Shown one piece after another: positions 25,011 to 37,091 of a stretch of 64,000 nucleotides of DNA (its first letter is position 1; each line of letters begins with the position of its first letter). The notes beneath the pieces were generated by a model. That model ran no database searches. It was not told where the DNA came from and worked only from the letters and a program-made list of their open reading frames with translations. The DNA is from Antedon mediterranea (Eukaryota > Animalia > Echinodermata): contig NC_092670.1 in the NCBI RefSeq assembly GCF_964355755.1, positions 25,654,795 to 25,718,794 of the forward strand, in the 5' to 3' direction. The translations under genes and the position numbers were made by a program.

Positions 25011-27728
25011 TCACTCTCCGGCCTCTAAAAAAAAATAAATAAACCATTACTCATACATTGACCAAAATTGATATTGACCATGTTTTGATCATGTAAATCT
25101 GAAAGAGATATTGACTGCAAGTGGCAACTGCCGTCAAATAAATAAGCAGGCAATATCTATATAATTTATGGAAACTATAATTTTAATGTAAAGTTTTTGT
25201 TTTGCAGATCAAATGTGGCATCATCAAAATGTATGGCCACCAAAAATGTTACAATAGCTAGTAATTTATTTCTTGTTGCCAGTTGTGGCAGTTTCACTGT
25301 GTAATGGTCAAATATGTGCATTTAACCAATTGAAATGACCTAGATTGCTAGAGAAAGCCAAAGCTTCTAAGTGGACTTTCACACCACTCCTGTTCAGCTA
25401 AAGTTCGATTCAGATTGTGCATCCAGCTATAGCGGCTTTTTGTTGTCAAGACACACCACTACGCGCACTTCAAGTTAAAAATTAGCCTGCTGCATCAGGA
25501 AGACAAAACATGAGGACGAGAATTTATTTTTGAAGCATTTTTGACAGGCCTCTAGTTACTATCTATATTGTGAATGTGTTACCTTTGTAGGCATACTCTA
25601 AAGCACTTGCTATTGTTCTCATATCTGTTTCAATACTTGTTGCCCAATTTTCTACATCTCCTATCTCCTGCAATGATACAAAATACACAATATTAATATT
25701 ACACCTCTGATTGTTCAGTATTAAAAATAAGTAATTGGTATATACTATTTTATTATAATAAATGACACTGTGTAATTAAAAATAATTTTAAAGACTTTTA
25801 TATTCGTAATCTGCATTTAATAAGCTTTAAAATGAGGGGTCCTTTAATAATAGATTAAAGTTTTCAAATTCTGGCAAGAGAAAACATAAGAATCACCTTC
25901 TAGCTCCGGAAATCTTTGTTTTGAGAAATCAACAATATATTTTTAGTATCTTGAAAGTCATGATTTTCAGATGGAATGCCTCAATGCTCACATTAACTAT
26001 GTCTTAATTGCACATACAAATATTTTAAAATTGAAATAATACCAATTTTATGTGTTTTAAATTGTAAATATCTTTTGCAGTTTGAAAATTATTCCAACTT
26101 ACTTGCATGTAGTTTCAATTACTGTATTTAGCTTACCTTTAATGCCTGGTTGAAGTTATCAATAATCTGTAACCACTGAATTGTTTGTCGACTAAATTGT
26201 GATGCGCTGTTTTGTAATTTCTTCGCTTCAGTATCAAGTTTTTTTTCATTTGCATATGCCTCAGAAACACTAAAAAAACAACATAAATATTTATATATAG
26301 TACATAATAATGTAATACAGTATACAAATAATGAATGTTTATTTGTGGAATTGTACAAATAATGGCATGAGGTGAATGATGAAAGGAAAGTGGAAATATA
26401 ACCTTTTAGTTACAGGCTCATATGCAAGGAAAATTAGCTCCAGCTCGATATTTGTGCCAAAATAAATTTTAATTGGCCAACTTTGTTATTCTTGAGTTGC
26501 TGAATTAAAAAAAGACATTCCACACTGAACTTTGTCATCCATGGTATCATTGGAAAGGGAATGTAATACTGATCATTTTATTCAATTACATCCATATCAA
26601 AAAATACATAGTTATTTAACAATAAAAAGTCAGTAAACGTCACATGACCAATATAGGTCAAAAGGTCAACATTTTAATTTCTCAAATATTTTACTGTTTG
26701 GTATCGTAGGATAGCGTTTTTATTCTAAATACAGTTTCACTAATATATATTCGATTTTCCTTTGTTTATTGTCATAATTTTCCAATTATGTAAATAAATT
26801 GTTTTTAAATGTACAATGAAAAAGGTCTCCTTCATTGTCCCTTTGTCAAATTCCAAAAAAATTTTAAAAAAAAGATTTCGAAAAAAGTGGGTCATTTTGA
26901 AGTATCATAATAGTTATTAACTTTCACCAAAAATTGGTCGAAAAAAAATCATTTAATTGAAATACAGACGTTTTTTGGTTCAAAAAATAACTTTGACTTC
27001 CAGTCAAAGTTTTTGATCAAAACATATCTCATAATGCAACGCGCTTATTTGGCTACTCTGTATGCATTAATCATAAAACTTTCTCGTGATCTATGTGAAA
27101 AGACCTTCTCAATCGTGACGAGTTGTAAACAATCCTAATTAGCATCATGCATAATGTATACTCATGGTTTGAAATCTTCGTTTACTTTCGCTTGCGACAA
27201 TTTTCCAGACGAAATGTAATCAAACTAATTTACCTGTTAATTACGTAAACAATAAGATCAAACAACCATTGCTTTGCAGGTAAATTAAAAATTTTGTTTG
27301 AACTTGGAGGTAAAGTCATTGATTTTAGTACTTTTTATTCGAGCAAGTTCATACAACTACTAAAAGCAGAAACGTAACTTTGGAAAGTAATTTAGATTTG
27401 TCTTATCTGCTAGTTAACGTAGTTTTATTTATAACTATATCTAGTGCAGTGGTGTCTGTTGTTTTTTTCAAACATAGTTTCCTAATAGCATGATTGCATG
27501 TTGTAAGCCTATATATACATATATATATATATAAATAAATAAAATAACAGCAGAAAACTTGGTTACTTCATTGTTTTAATCACTACAAATTTGTTTCGTA
27601 CGACCAGCAAATTTGTAGTGATTAAAACAATGAAGTAACCAAGTTTTCTGCTGTTATTTTATTTATTTATTTATGCTCTACCTCGGTATTGAGCACTCTA
27701 TCCTAACGGTCTGATAATTTCAACCTGA

Positions 27729-27766
<38 letters not shown>

Positions 27767-30700
27767 CCAAAGGCAAATTACTGAAAAAAATGACAATGCT
27801 GTGGGTATCAGTGGCTGGATCTCAATGGAGATACAAAAATAAAAAACGAAAAGCTAAATCAAAACGATACAGAAACAGCCAGAAAAGTTAGCAGAGCTTT
27901 CGGGCAACACTAGCCCTTTATCAGTGCAAGTGAAGGAATTTGGATAACGTCATATATATATAAATCCAAAGGCAAATTACTGAAAAAAATGACAATGCTG
28001 TGGGTATCAGTGGCTGGATCTCAATGGAGATACAAAATAAAAGCGAAAAGCTAAATCAAAACGAGAAGTAAAACAGCCAGAAAAGTTAGCAGAGCTTTCG
28101 GGCAACACTAGCCCTTCATCAGTGCAAGTGATCAATAAGTAAATCGATGAAAAAATTGTTGTTTATTTAAATTAATTTATGTACACATTCTATATTATAT
28201 ATATTGCAAATTTGTGTGACCATAAAGGCAGGATAGAAAAGTGAGTGGCCACCTTTTTAATGTTGTTTTTGTTATCCAAAGCGGTCACAAAACAGGCAGT
28301 ACTGTTGGATTTCATGTGGGTTGATAGTTCACACATAAAGGAAATAGAAAATTCACAGCTGGTCTTTTTTTCTTTGTATGCTAGAATTTTTAATTTTTCA
28401 TTAAAAACAAAATGAAAAAAATATCACACGATCCTTTAATACTGTACCAATATTGAACACACTGTTTACACACAATCGTCTAATCAAATGACAGATACTA
28501 CAATGTTATTACTCGTGTGTGTATTGTGTGTGATGTGTAACATGTGTTGTTTCATATCCATTTTAAAATGTATGCAAAGTACATAGTATAATAAAATTCA
28601 GGCCTTACCCTCTATTAAGTCTTTCAGTAAGCACTTCAGAGACAAGCATTGCTGATGCTACTGCTTCTTTACGCCGTATTTCTATAATAGCATTGGACAA
28701 AACATTATTATTAGTAAACATTTACCCGCATGGTTTTTTAAAGTTATTAAGTACTGCACGCGATGAGAAGGTACTGTTATAAAATAAGAGCTCACTCTTC
28801 TCCGATAGGTACTTTTATTATATACTTTAAATTAAAAAAAATATAGTTCCTTTACAACTTGTGGCCAATGGCCAGATTGCATGTAAGTTGTAACCTTTTA
28901 ATACAGACTCTTAAAATATTATTTAAAACAAAAACCACAATTATATAAAAAATTTAAATACATAAAAATATGAAAAAAATACAGTACAACAGATCAGGCA
29001 TTAAGCGGGATGAAATAGGGGGTAGGGGGTTGGGTGTTGGGGGTTGGGCAGTTACTAAAGCAGGCAGTTCTAGATGCTAATTGTGATATTTGGTTCCTAT
29101 AAACAGAGCAATCTCTCATGACTATCAAACTTCGTTAAAAGAAGAAGTCAATTTTTTAGAGAATATTCTTTATGGCCAGGAATCGATGCGATTATTTTTT
29201 TACGGTGCGCAATAAAAAATTTATTTTAATGAAATCACGTTTGTTATCATATCTTCTCAAACTTGTATCATAATTAAATCAAATTTGGTACTCATGAATT
29301 TCAGGTCATATTTCATCATATGGTAATTATATGCGTAACGTGTATAACGCATGCGTATGCGCGTTTAACATTTTCAAAATTTATTTTTGATGAAATTAGA
29401 GTTTGTTTCAGGCAATTTTAAACATTATAAAAATTGCCATGAGTGCAATATTTTTTTACACGCACTGCGCGTAAAGTGTTAATACTGACTCTTTTTGCCC
29501 AATTTCTGTTTTACAACCTTTCTTTAGTAACTTCATCACATTTGATTAACTTTTCAACTTGAAACCATGATATTGTTATATGAGCACGTCAAAAGTGACA
29601 GGCTACGCACACAGTTAACAAAATAGTGAAAATATGCTAAACTTTAAAATTAATATAGTCCCTAGGTCTAGATCGTCAGAATGCGCCTGGGAACCCCTAT
29701 TTTGTATTTTATCTTTTTTAAAGTGTATGTGTATCACATGTATTATGAAAATAAAGACTATAAATAAGAGAAAAAAAGTTGATTAGGCCTACCTACCTAC
29801 GTCATCATAAATAATTGCATATTAAATTAAAAAATAATAATTTCGACAATCAAACAAACTATGACATTTTCTATTAACTAAACTGGGCTTAGCTAGGCCT
29901 ATGGCTATGCCTTGGCACTTATTAGCCTCCTAGGCTACTAATTACTATAGGCTAGAGTAGTAGGCCTAGCGAATTCGATCCAACTCGGCCCTAAACCGTC
30001 TCGGCCAAAGTCAAGTCGGCCCCACGTCAAGTCGGCCCCAAGTCAAGTCGGCCCCAAGTCAACTCGACCCACCTCAACTCGGCCTCAAGTCAACTCGGCC
30101 TCACGTCAACTCGGCCAAAAACTAATCCGTCAACTCGGCCTCTAAAAACTATGGCACGCAAAAAGTGCTAATATAGTAGTTAATATTATAGTGGCAAGAT
30201 AAACATCACACTATCACAGTTCGGTTAGGACTAGGGTCTACATAATAGACGAAATAAAATGGAAAATTCAATATAAATTAATTAAAGGTTAATTCTACTT
30301 AATTAACTTAATTTTAAGGTATTGTTCTTTCAAACAAAGTATCACATGATGACTGACGTTTGTATAAAAACTGTTATTTGGCTACTGTATATTCTCATGA
30401 CTAAAGGGGCATTCACACCTGTTCCGTTTCACGGAACGGAGAACGGCATCGTTTTGTAGAAAATCGAAAAGCGTTAAAACAATAGCAGCGTTTACACCAA
30501 ATCTGTTCCGTGAAAAATGAACGGCCGGTGAAAAACAACGGAACTGACAGATCTCATAACTTGATAGAAACGGAACGGAAACGAAATAGGGTCTACTTTG
30601 ACCAATCATAACCCGTTTCGTAGTTTATTACGTCAAGGGTAATGAAGTTAAAAAAGTGCGGCGGGAATTGGAGAGACATCTGATCGCAAGGGGATGTGAT

Positions 30701-32175
30701 TGTGATTTTAATGTATTAAATTATGGATTCATGGAATTTGTCATGGTGTGTGTTGTTACTATCATCGGGAATCTTGTGTCCGTTTTGTAATATCATCTTT
30801 AATTAAACTGACAAGATGACCGTATTGGTGAAGCGTCATTCTAAAATAATTGAAGAATTCGTCTTCATTGGTCGCCAGTTACGTTTTACCAATGTTTCAA
30901 ATTGACCAAATTTCTTTCTTTCGGAACAGACCTCGTTTACCCATTTTCTTTTCCTTCTTTTGGCTAAAATTATAGCGGAAAGAATAATTTCTTCCTCACT
31001 ATCATCTGATGACTATCCAGAAACGGCTGCCATTTTAACGTTTGCCCGTTGTCACGGAATATGTCACAAAACGGAACAGGTGTGAATGTTTATTGATCAA
31101 TTTTATTGAACAATACAGGGTGCGGTGGGTGTTAAAAAAACAGATGAGAATGCTAAGGCAATAGTATGTTGTTTAGGAATTCCGTTGTTTAGGACTCAAA
31201 CAAGATGTTTTTGAGTTTTTGCTTGACAAAATAAAAATACGCCATTTTTTCATGATGATTTCTTCAGTGTGTTTTAGATTAGTTTTTTTGCTTGACAAAA
31301 TAAAGATCACCAATTTTTCCATGATGATTTCTTCAGTGTGTTTTATAGATTAATTTCCCATACATAAAATGTATTCATTGGATTCTCCATTATAATCAAA
31401 TCACAAAAGTAATAAAAACAATTTGAATAGCGCACAGTTGCAATAGAACTTTACATGACAGAACATTCCAAATTTGTTTCCATAATCTCTTCGGTGTAGT
31501 TTGATTGACATCGTCATTGTACCCCCCCCCCCCCCCCCCAAAAAAAATGTGTGAACAAATTTTGTTACTGTAATATACCATTTTAATGTCACATAGTTAT
31601 TCACTTTGACCGTATTCATATTGCTAATAATTTGAAAGAGAATATACACAAAAAAAAACATTTTTATTTTACTGTATTAATCTAATAATATCTATATAAT
31701 AATAGGCCTTCTAAGAATATTTCAATTCTTTCTGGGAACAAAAAATAGATCTAACATTAACAAACATTTAAACAATTTACATTGAAATTTCGGTTTTATT
31801 TCGTCTATTATGTAGGCATAACCGTACTATATTTCTGCCATTGTAATAAATGAACTACTATATTAGCACTTTTTGCGTTCCATACTTTTTAGAGGCCAAG
31901 TTGACAACAGATTAGTTTTTGGCCGAGTTGGCGTGAGGTCGAGTTGACGTGAGGCCGAGTTGACTTGAGGCCGACTTGAGGCCGACTTGACTTTGGCTGA
32001 GACGGTTTAGGGCCGAGTTGACCTGCTAAGGCCTGGCCCTAGACTAGGCCTAGTAGAGGGCCCGGCCCCCGGCCTCCTACAGAGGCCTAATTATTTGTTT
32101 ACCTTTTTACTTACCTTGTTCATCTTTTCGCATTGCTAGTTTTACTTGGTGTTCTTTTAGCATAACAGACAACAT
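25011..32175 (-). CDS. BLOC1S1: Biogenesis of lysosome-related organelles complex 1 subunit 1 (GCN5L1); exons 32175-32115, 28681-28609, 26269-26137, 25667-25583, then either read-through to the stop at 25563 or terminal exon 25024-25011
   Basis: Spliced MLSVMLKEHQVKLAMRKDEQEIRRKEAVASA...LNRGVSEAYANEKKLDTEAKKLQ...[42 protein letters not shown] matches the BLOC1S1 signature [16 protein letters not shown]. Confidence 0.95.
26830..27300 (-). mobile_element. Copy of the TTAA-flanked MITE family also at 56077-56619, opposite orientation
   Basis: Shares aaaataactttgacttccagtcaaagttt...cgcgcttatttggctactctgtatgcat...tcctaattagcatcatgcataatgtatactcatggtttgaaat with the reverse complement of ~56280-56470. 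Confidence 0.8.
27531..27670. repeat. Perfect 63-bp-arm palindrome with 14-nt spacer
   Basis: 27531-27593 is the exact reverse complement of 27608-27670. Confidence 0.95.
27891..27927 (-). ncRNA. Minimal hammerhead ribozyme copy with core mutation (CUGAUAA)
   Basis: GCA-CUGAUAA-A-GGGC-uaguguu-GCCC-GAAA-GC-UC-UGC; conserved G8 replaced by A. Confidence 0.7.
28089..28125 (-). ncRNA. Minimal type I hammerhead ribozyme (intact core)
   Basis: Minus strand GCA-CUGAUGA-A-GGGC-uaguguu-GCCC-GAAA-GC-UC-UGC: conserved CUGANGA/GAAA core, 4-bp stem II, palindromic AGCU stem III, stem I GCA/UGC. Confidence 0.85.
29165..29650 (+). mobile_element. Partial copy of the Helentron-like family at 57385-58213
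   Basis: tatggccaggaatcgatg...acggtgcgcaataaaaaat...aacgcatgcgta...aaagtgacaggctacgcac aligns with 57570-58000. Confidence 0.8.
29978..32025. mobile_element. Foldback/MULE-like non-autonomous element with ~280-bp TIRs of gtcaactcggcc subrepeats, in BLOC1S1 intron 1
   Basis: ccaactcggccctaaaccgtctc...gcaaaaagtgctaatatagtagtt...acataatagacgaaataaaa is mirrored at 31795-32021. Confidence 0.8.
30406..31090. mobile_element. PIF/Harbinger-like MITE nested within the preceding element
   Basis: TIR core cattcacacctgttccgttt / aaacggaacaggtgtgaatg. Confidence 0.7.
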
Positions 32176-32514
32176 AATTGTTATTCTTGGATAGAATAGG
32201 TTAACCTCTAATAAATGCTCAGATAGCTAGGCCTAGGAGTAGTACTACTAGGCTAGTAGGAGGTACGTAGGCCTAGTGTTAGCGCCGCGACCCGCAAATC
32301 TTTGCTATGACGTACATGACACTTGCAGGTCAAGATCGTATATCGACCAATGATATTATATAGCCAAAGGCTAGATGGCAAACTGCAATGTATCGCAGTT
32401 CAAAAAGTGATTCGCCATCTCAGTATACAGTTGAAAATTAATTTTTTTAAATTAATTACAATAAATACAAATAATCATCTAATTTTAATTTAAAAAAAAA
32501 TATATATATAAATA

Positions 32515-32752
32515 TTCTTTCTTTTATTCCTGTCCACCCAGGCAGCACTTGCCAGCTCTTATACTATGACGTTATCCAAATTCCTTCACTTGCACTGATG
32601 AAGGGCTATGTGTTGCTCGAAAGCTCAGCTAACTTTTCTGGCTGTTTTACGTTTTGATTTACGGTAGCTTTTCGCTTTTTTGTATCTCCATTGAGATCCA
32701 GCCACTGATACCCACAGCAGTCATTTTTTTCAGTAATTTGCCTTTGGATTTA
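32515..32752 (+). mobile_element. Solo Penelope-like pLTR with degenerate hammerhead (32592-32629), upstream of BLOC1S1
   Basis: Matches 35085-35323; contains ctgatga-a-gggc...gctc-gaaa-gctc. Confidence 0.85.
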
Positions 32753-33689
32753 TAAATATTAAAAGTATAATTTTTTTTTTTCGCGTCCTAAGAGGATATT
32801 CATTATGAAGCTTTTTCATGGCAGTAGCTATAGTAGGCCTATCTAAGGTTGACAGTTTTGCGAATTTGTAAACTCGACTGTATAATTTATAGGTCCCAGC
32901 TGCTGGACCCAAAAAACGTCTGGGAAAAGAGAGTGAGGGCTCACGGTTGAACGATTTTGGATTCTCGCCCTTTGATTGGGTGACACAAATCAACAGACTG
33001 TGGAATAATTTCTCACTTGTACCACCTTGAAGTCACTTGTCTCTAGACTAATGGTTGCATGCCTTTACAGATTATAAGGTCACAAACACAGGCACAGCAC
33101 AGGTATTTAATCTCTACATCAGTCATGATGAAAGAAAATTATCAGAATCCAATTCTTCAATGAACACATGATGTAATTTCGACAGTTTGAAAAAGAAAAT
33201 TGATCGTGCAATTACGATTCAGCATATTTTTATTTATTACATATTTCTATGGTAACAAAAACTTATTTTTAATAAACATTTTGATTGAAAATTGTGTATT
33301 TATATTATACAATTAAGTGGGGGAAAATGGGCATGATGTGATTTATAATTTAATAACTATGTTAGATTTTGTGTATTTTTGCGATTAACCAACATATTTT
33401 TTGTTACACGTTTCCATGGTAACAAAATAAATTTAAAAAAAATTGTGTATTTATAGTATACAATTAACTAGTAAAAAAATGGGCACAATGAGATTCATTA
33501 TTAAAGAACTGTCTTTGATTTGTATATATTTTTGCGATAAAGGACATCTTTTTAATAATCATTTAACATATCTGATGAAAAAACTATGAATAATTTTAAA
33601 ATGTCGAGCGGCGTTTTTTGTAAGAAATATTTCTTGTTTACATCAGAAATGACATTAATAGCGTCCCTCCGACACGGAATGAAATAAAA

Positions 33690-33822
33690 AATATTTTACA
33701 AAATAATATTTCATTCCTTGTCGAGAGATCGAGAACTAGTGCTACTAATTACGTCGCTGCTCTAGTAGTCGATGTTGACGTGATGAAATCTCGACAATGA
33801 AATATTATTTTGTAAAATATTT
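33690..33822. repeat. Imperfect inverted repeat / small MITE
   Basis: aaatattttacaaaataatatttcatt..gtcgaga versus tctcgacaatgaaatattattttgtaaaatattt. Confidence 0.75.
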
Positions 33823-33990
33823 TTGTATAATAAAAAAAAAAAAATATTTTTATTTTTTTTATTTTATTCTGTTCTGTCGTTTTAAGCTGTGGCAACATCG
33901 ACTACTAGTACCCACTAATTAATACTCCGCTGCATGCTCGACACAAACACGTCGAAGAAAGAAATCGCCCCAAAGGAATTATACAGCAAA

Positions 33991-34119
33991 TAGAGGGCGG
34001 TATTCCAGTAACGAAGAAGTAGTAAGTAGTTTTCACTTGCACAAAGTTCACGAAACGGAAGATAGAGAGTGGGAACTAACAAGATGGCGGCTGCAATCGA
34101 CTACTGGAGTACGCCCTCT
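33991..34119. mobile_element. ~130-bp MITE
   Basis: tagagggcggtattccagta / tactggagtacgccctcta inverted termini. Confidence 0.6.
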
Positions 34120-34250
34120 AGCCTTCAGCTTATTACACCTCTCAGGCCGAAAGCTATAAAATCTGTGAGCATTCTCTAGTCAGAGCCATACTAAATGGCT
34201 TAAAATCTTAAGTCTAAAGTCGTACTAACTCCTAATATATATATATATAT

Positions 34251-35323
34251 AACACTGACGTACAAACCACGTCAGCCAAAAAAATCGACCAGAGTGCCAT
34301 TGGTCACAACCTACCACCCCAGGTTGCCTCCATTATGGGCTATTATTGAGAAACATATGCCCATTCTACAGTCCACAGAACGTCTCAGGACTGTTTTTCC
34401 GGAACCACCCATTATTGCATTTCGTAGACCTCCCAACCTTTGTGATATATTAGTCAGATCCAAATTTAAGAGTGAAATTAACTCTCATGACAGCCAAAAT
34501 TTGGGCAGTCACCTTTGCGGCAAATCTTGCAAAACTTGTTCATTGGTTGATTCTACTGAAAAATTTGAGAGTAACCAAACTGGCCGCATTTTTCGGATAA
34601 GACAATCAATTAATTGTCTAACCAAAAACGTCATTTATCTCATATACTATATTTGTGGCAAACATTACGTCGGAGAAACAAAAAACACTCTCCGTATGAG
34701 ACACAACATAGAGATCAGCTATCAAAACATTAAAGCTTGATCAACCTGTAGCCGAACATTTTAATTCAGCTGGTCACTCGATTGCAAATTTCAGAGTTAT
34801 TGCAATAGACCACACGATGTCAAAGAGCGACAAAACTCGCAAAGACAAAGAAAACCACTGGGAATTACTACTTAAAACCACAAAACCTTTTGGACTTAAC
34901 ATTAGGAACATACTCCCAGATCGGTAAAATTATTCCATTGACTACCAAAATTTAAGTTTCAATATTAACCACCATTTTAGCTTTTTTATTTCCATTCCAA
35001 AATTGTTTATATCATCTCTACCAAGCTACCTTCTTTGTTTTCTACTCTTATTCAGACTCCACCCTGGCTTCCTTTGTTATATTTCTTTTATATTCCTGTC
35101 CACCCAGGCAGTTCTTGCCAACTCATATGCTATGACTTTATCCAAATTCCCTCACTTGCACTGATGAAGGGCTAATGTTGCACGAAAGCTCTGCTAACTT
35201 TTCTGGCTGTTTACTTTATCGTTTTGATTTAGCTTTTCGCTTTTTATTTTTGTATCTCCATTGAGATCCAGCCACTGATACCCACAGCATTGTCATTTTT
35301 TTCAGTAATTTGCCTTTGGATTT
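34251..35323 (+). mobile_element. 5'-truncated Penelope-like retroelement (Neptune-type): thumb/linker, GIY-YIG endonuclease, 3' pLTR
   Basis: PLVTTYHPRLP...FPEPPIIAFRRPPNLCDILVRSK, Cys linker CGKSCKTC, GIY-YIG NVIYLI...CGKHYVGET; after a frameshift near 34700-34715, PVAEHFN..GHS...KENHW..LKT.KPFGLN to stop at 34927. Both ends in (TA)n. Confidence 0.92.
35158..35194 (+). ncRNA. Minimal hammerhead ribozyme in the pLTR
   Basis: gca-CTGATGA(35161-67)-a-gggc-taatgtt-gcac-GAAA(35184-87)-gc-tc-tgc; one stem II mismatch. Confidence 0.78.
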
Positions 35324-35340
35324 TTATATATATATATATA

Positions 35341-35433
35341 TATAAACACATTAGGCAAAGAACATTAATTCTAAACCGCCCCGTGATATACTGAAATTTA
35401 ATAATTAATTTGAAACGATAAAGATGAGGAAAT
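35341..35433. mobile_element. Terminal fragment of the 366-bp tRNA-containing element (see 62367-63185)
   Basis: tataaacacattaggcaaagaacattaatt..aaaccgccc...gaaacgataaagatgaggaaat matches 63082-63176. Confidence 0.8.
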
Positions 35434-35459
35434 AATAACTTAGATCGAAACAGTACTGT

Positions 35460-35935
35460 CTGCAGATTGGGTATTACGCTCCTCTACTTTCTGCTATATA
35501 CATATAGTATGTTATAAAGAGTGAGTAGGTCGTTGCTGAGAGTTATTGGTAGGGTGGTTCTCGGTCTTCCTCGAAATTTTATATTGGTAGTGTTGCTGAA
35601 ATAATAGCTTATTGCTGTGTTGGCTGGTGTACATGGGTCTTGTCTATAAGTATGTGACCCAGTAGTCTCCATCTAAGTCTTGCGTCGACTATTTCTAATG
35701 AAATCGGTTTTGTTCCTGTCCTTATGTATAAATTTATGTTCGATATCCTGTCTGGGAACCTGATACCTATGATTTTGCGAAGTTGCTTTCTGTGAAATGT
35801 GTCGAGTTTATGTGCTTCTTCTTTTGTGAGTCAGAGTTGTAGAGTAATATACTTTTAACTAATGAGTTGTACAACTTGATACATATTTTTAATTTGATTT
35901 TATCTTTTCGAAGCCACATCGAGTTTAGTTTGGTC
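35460..35935 (-). mobile_element. RTE-clade LINE ORF 3' remnant
   Basis: Minus-strand KLNSMWLRKDKIKLK..IKLYNSLVKSILLY / KLDTFHRKQLRKIIGIRFPDRISN / RGRPRTTL, typical of the RTE C-terminal region. Confidence 0.8.
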
Positions 35936-36239
35936 ACGATAATTACGCGAAAATTATTCAGTCAATATCATTGTACTCGAGGATATATACGATTTAATGA
36001 CGATCCTCGCAGCGGTACGGTCATGTGATGCAGTTTCAACCACGATCACGTATTTACATAGGCTATATAATATTATTATACAGATATTGCCTGCTTTGAG
36101 GTAAAATAAAAGATTTGACATCCCCGAAGGAATGATATTTTGCTTCTGAAAATATATATTTCCCGAAGCGTCAGCTGAGAGAAATATAATTCTCGAGAGC
36201 ATAATATCATTTCGCGAGAGGATGTCAAATCTTATATTT

Positions 36240-37091
36240 GGATTAGGCCAAGTTGAGCCGCCGACAAGTTGAGCCGGCGCCAAAAAAACGTTATTTTCTA
36301 TGAAATGCCAAATGCTAACTTTTGCCGGTGCTCATTTCTATTTAATAATAGAAGTTCTATTTTTATTAGGGATATAACGATGTATATTCAAAAGTTTATA
36401 TATCACGGTTTTAAGTATATACTGTATTACCGTATTAAATATTACAATTAAAGAAATAATTATGAAAATCTGACTTGTAGATTCCAAAATATAAGGCCTA
36501 AAACAACATCGAAAAGGATCGTTTTTAGCCAAAAATGACGTGAACATGTTTCCCCCCTCAGCAGGCGGCAGTTGTATGAACTAGGCCTAGGCCTCTAGGC
36601 CTACTCCATTTTTCGCTAAAATAATAACATAAAATCACCGTTTTTTAGTAAAATATTTTGTGTATTAACATTGTAAAATTCAATGAAATTTGATATTAAA
36701 AGATAGTAAATAAAAAATAATAATTATTTAACCTCATTCAAAGAATATCAATAATCTATTAGTCCTGAGAGACAACGTGATTTTACGTGATAGGCCTACA
36801 CGCGAGAAAAATATGATGGAGTGCACTGCATTTTTACCTTGAAAGCTAAGATTAAAAACAATTAAATTATTAAATATGACTAGGCCTACTTTCCTTTGCT
36901 GTGTTGTTATGGCGGTTAAACCAACAAAATTGTAGTATGTAAATATATATTATACATTTTACAATAAACCTAAAGACCATGAACTTATGTACTATAGGAC
37001 ACCACTACGCGAAATGTCGCAAACGACGCACTGGGCGTTTCATAGAAATTACCGGCGGCTCAACTTGTCGGCGGCCCAACCGGTCATATCC
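36240..37091. mobile_element. Mutator-like MITE with 9-bp TSD (cttatattt), nested in an older palindromic MITE (~36060-37140)
   Basis: TIR cores gccgccgacaagttgagcc / ggctcaacttgtcggcggc; TSD at 36231-36239 and 37092-37100. Confidence 0.85.

Larger units (their letters stand above)
27763..28130 (-). mobile_element. Two head-to-tail Penelope-like pLTR fragments next to (TA)n in BLOC1S1 intron 2
   Basis: Units 27763-27952 and 27962-28130 are near-identical reverse complements of ~35135-35323; each abuts a TA microsatellite. Confidence 0.85.

Noticed and set aside
34080-34092. YY1-like motif caagatggcggc suggesting a promoter
   Set aside because: Lies inside a 130-bp MITE, with no associated exon found.
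34738-34740. TGA ending the Penelope ORF as possible selenocysteine (as in Naiad-type PLEs)
   Set aside because: It lies after a frameshift; the homologous protein continues in another frame (LDQPVAEHFN), so it is not a Cys-position UGA.
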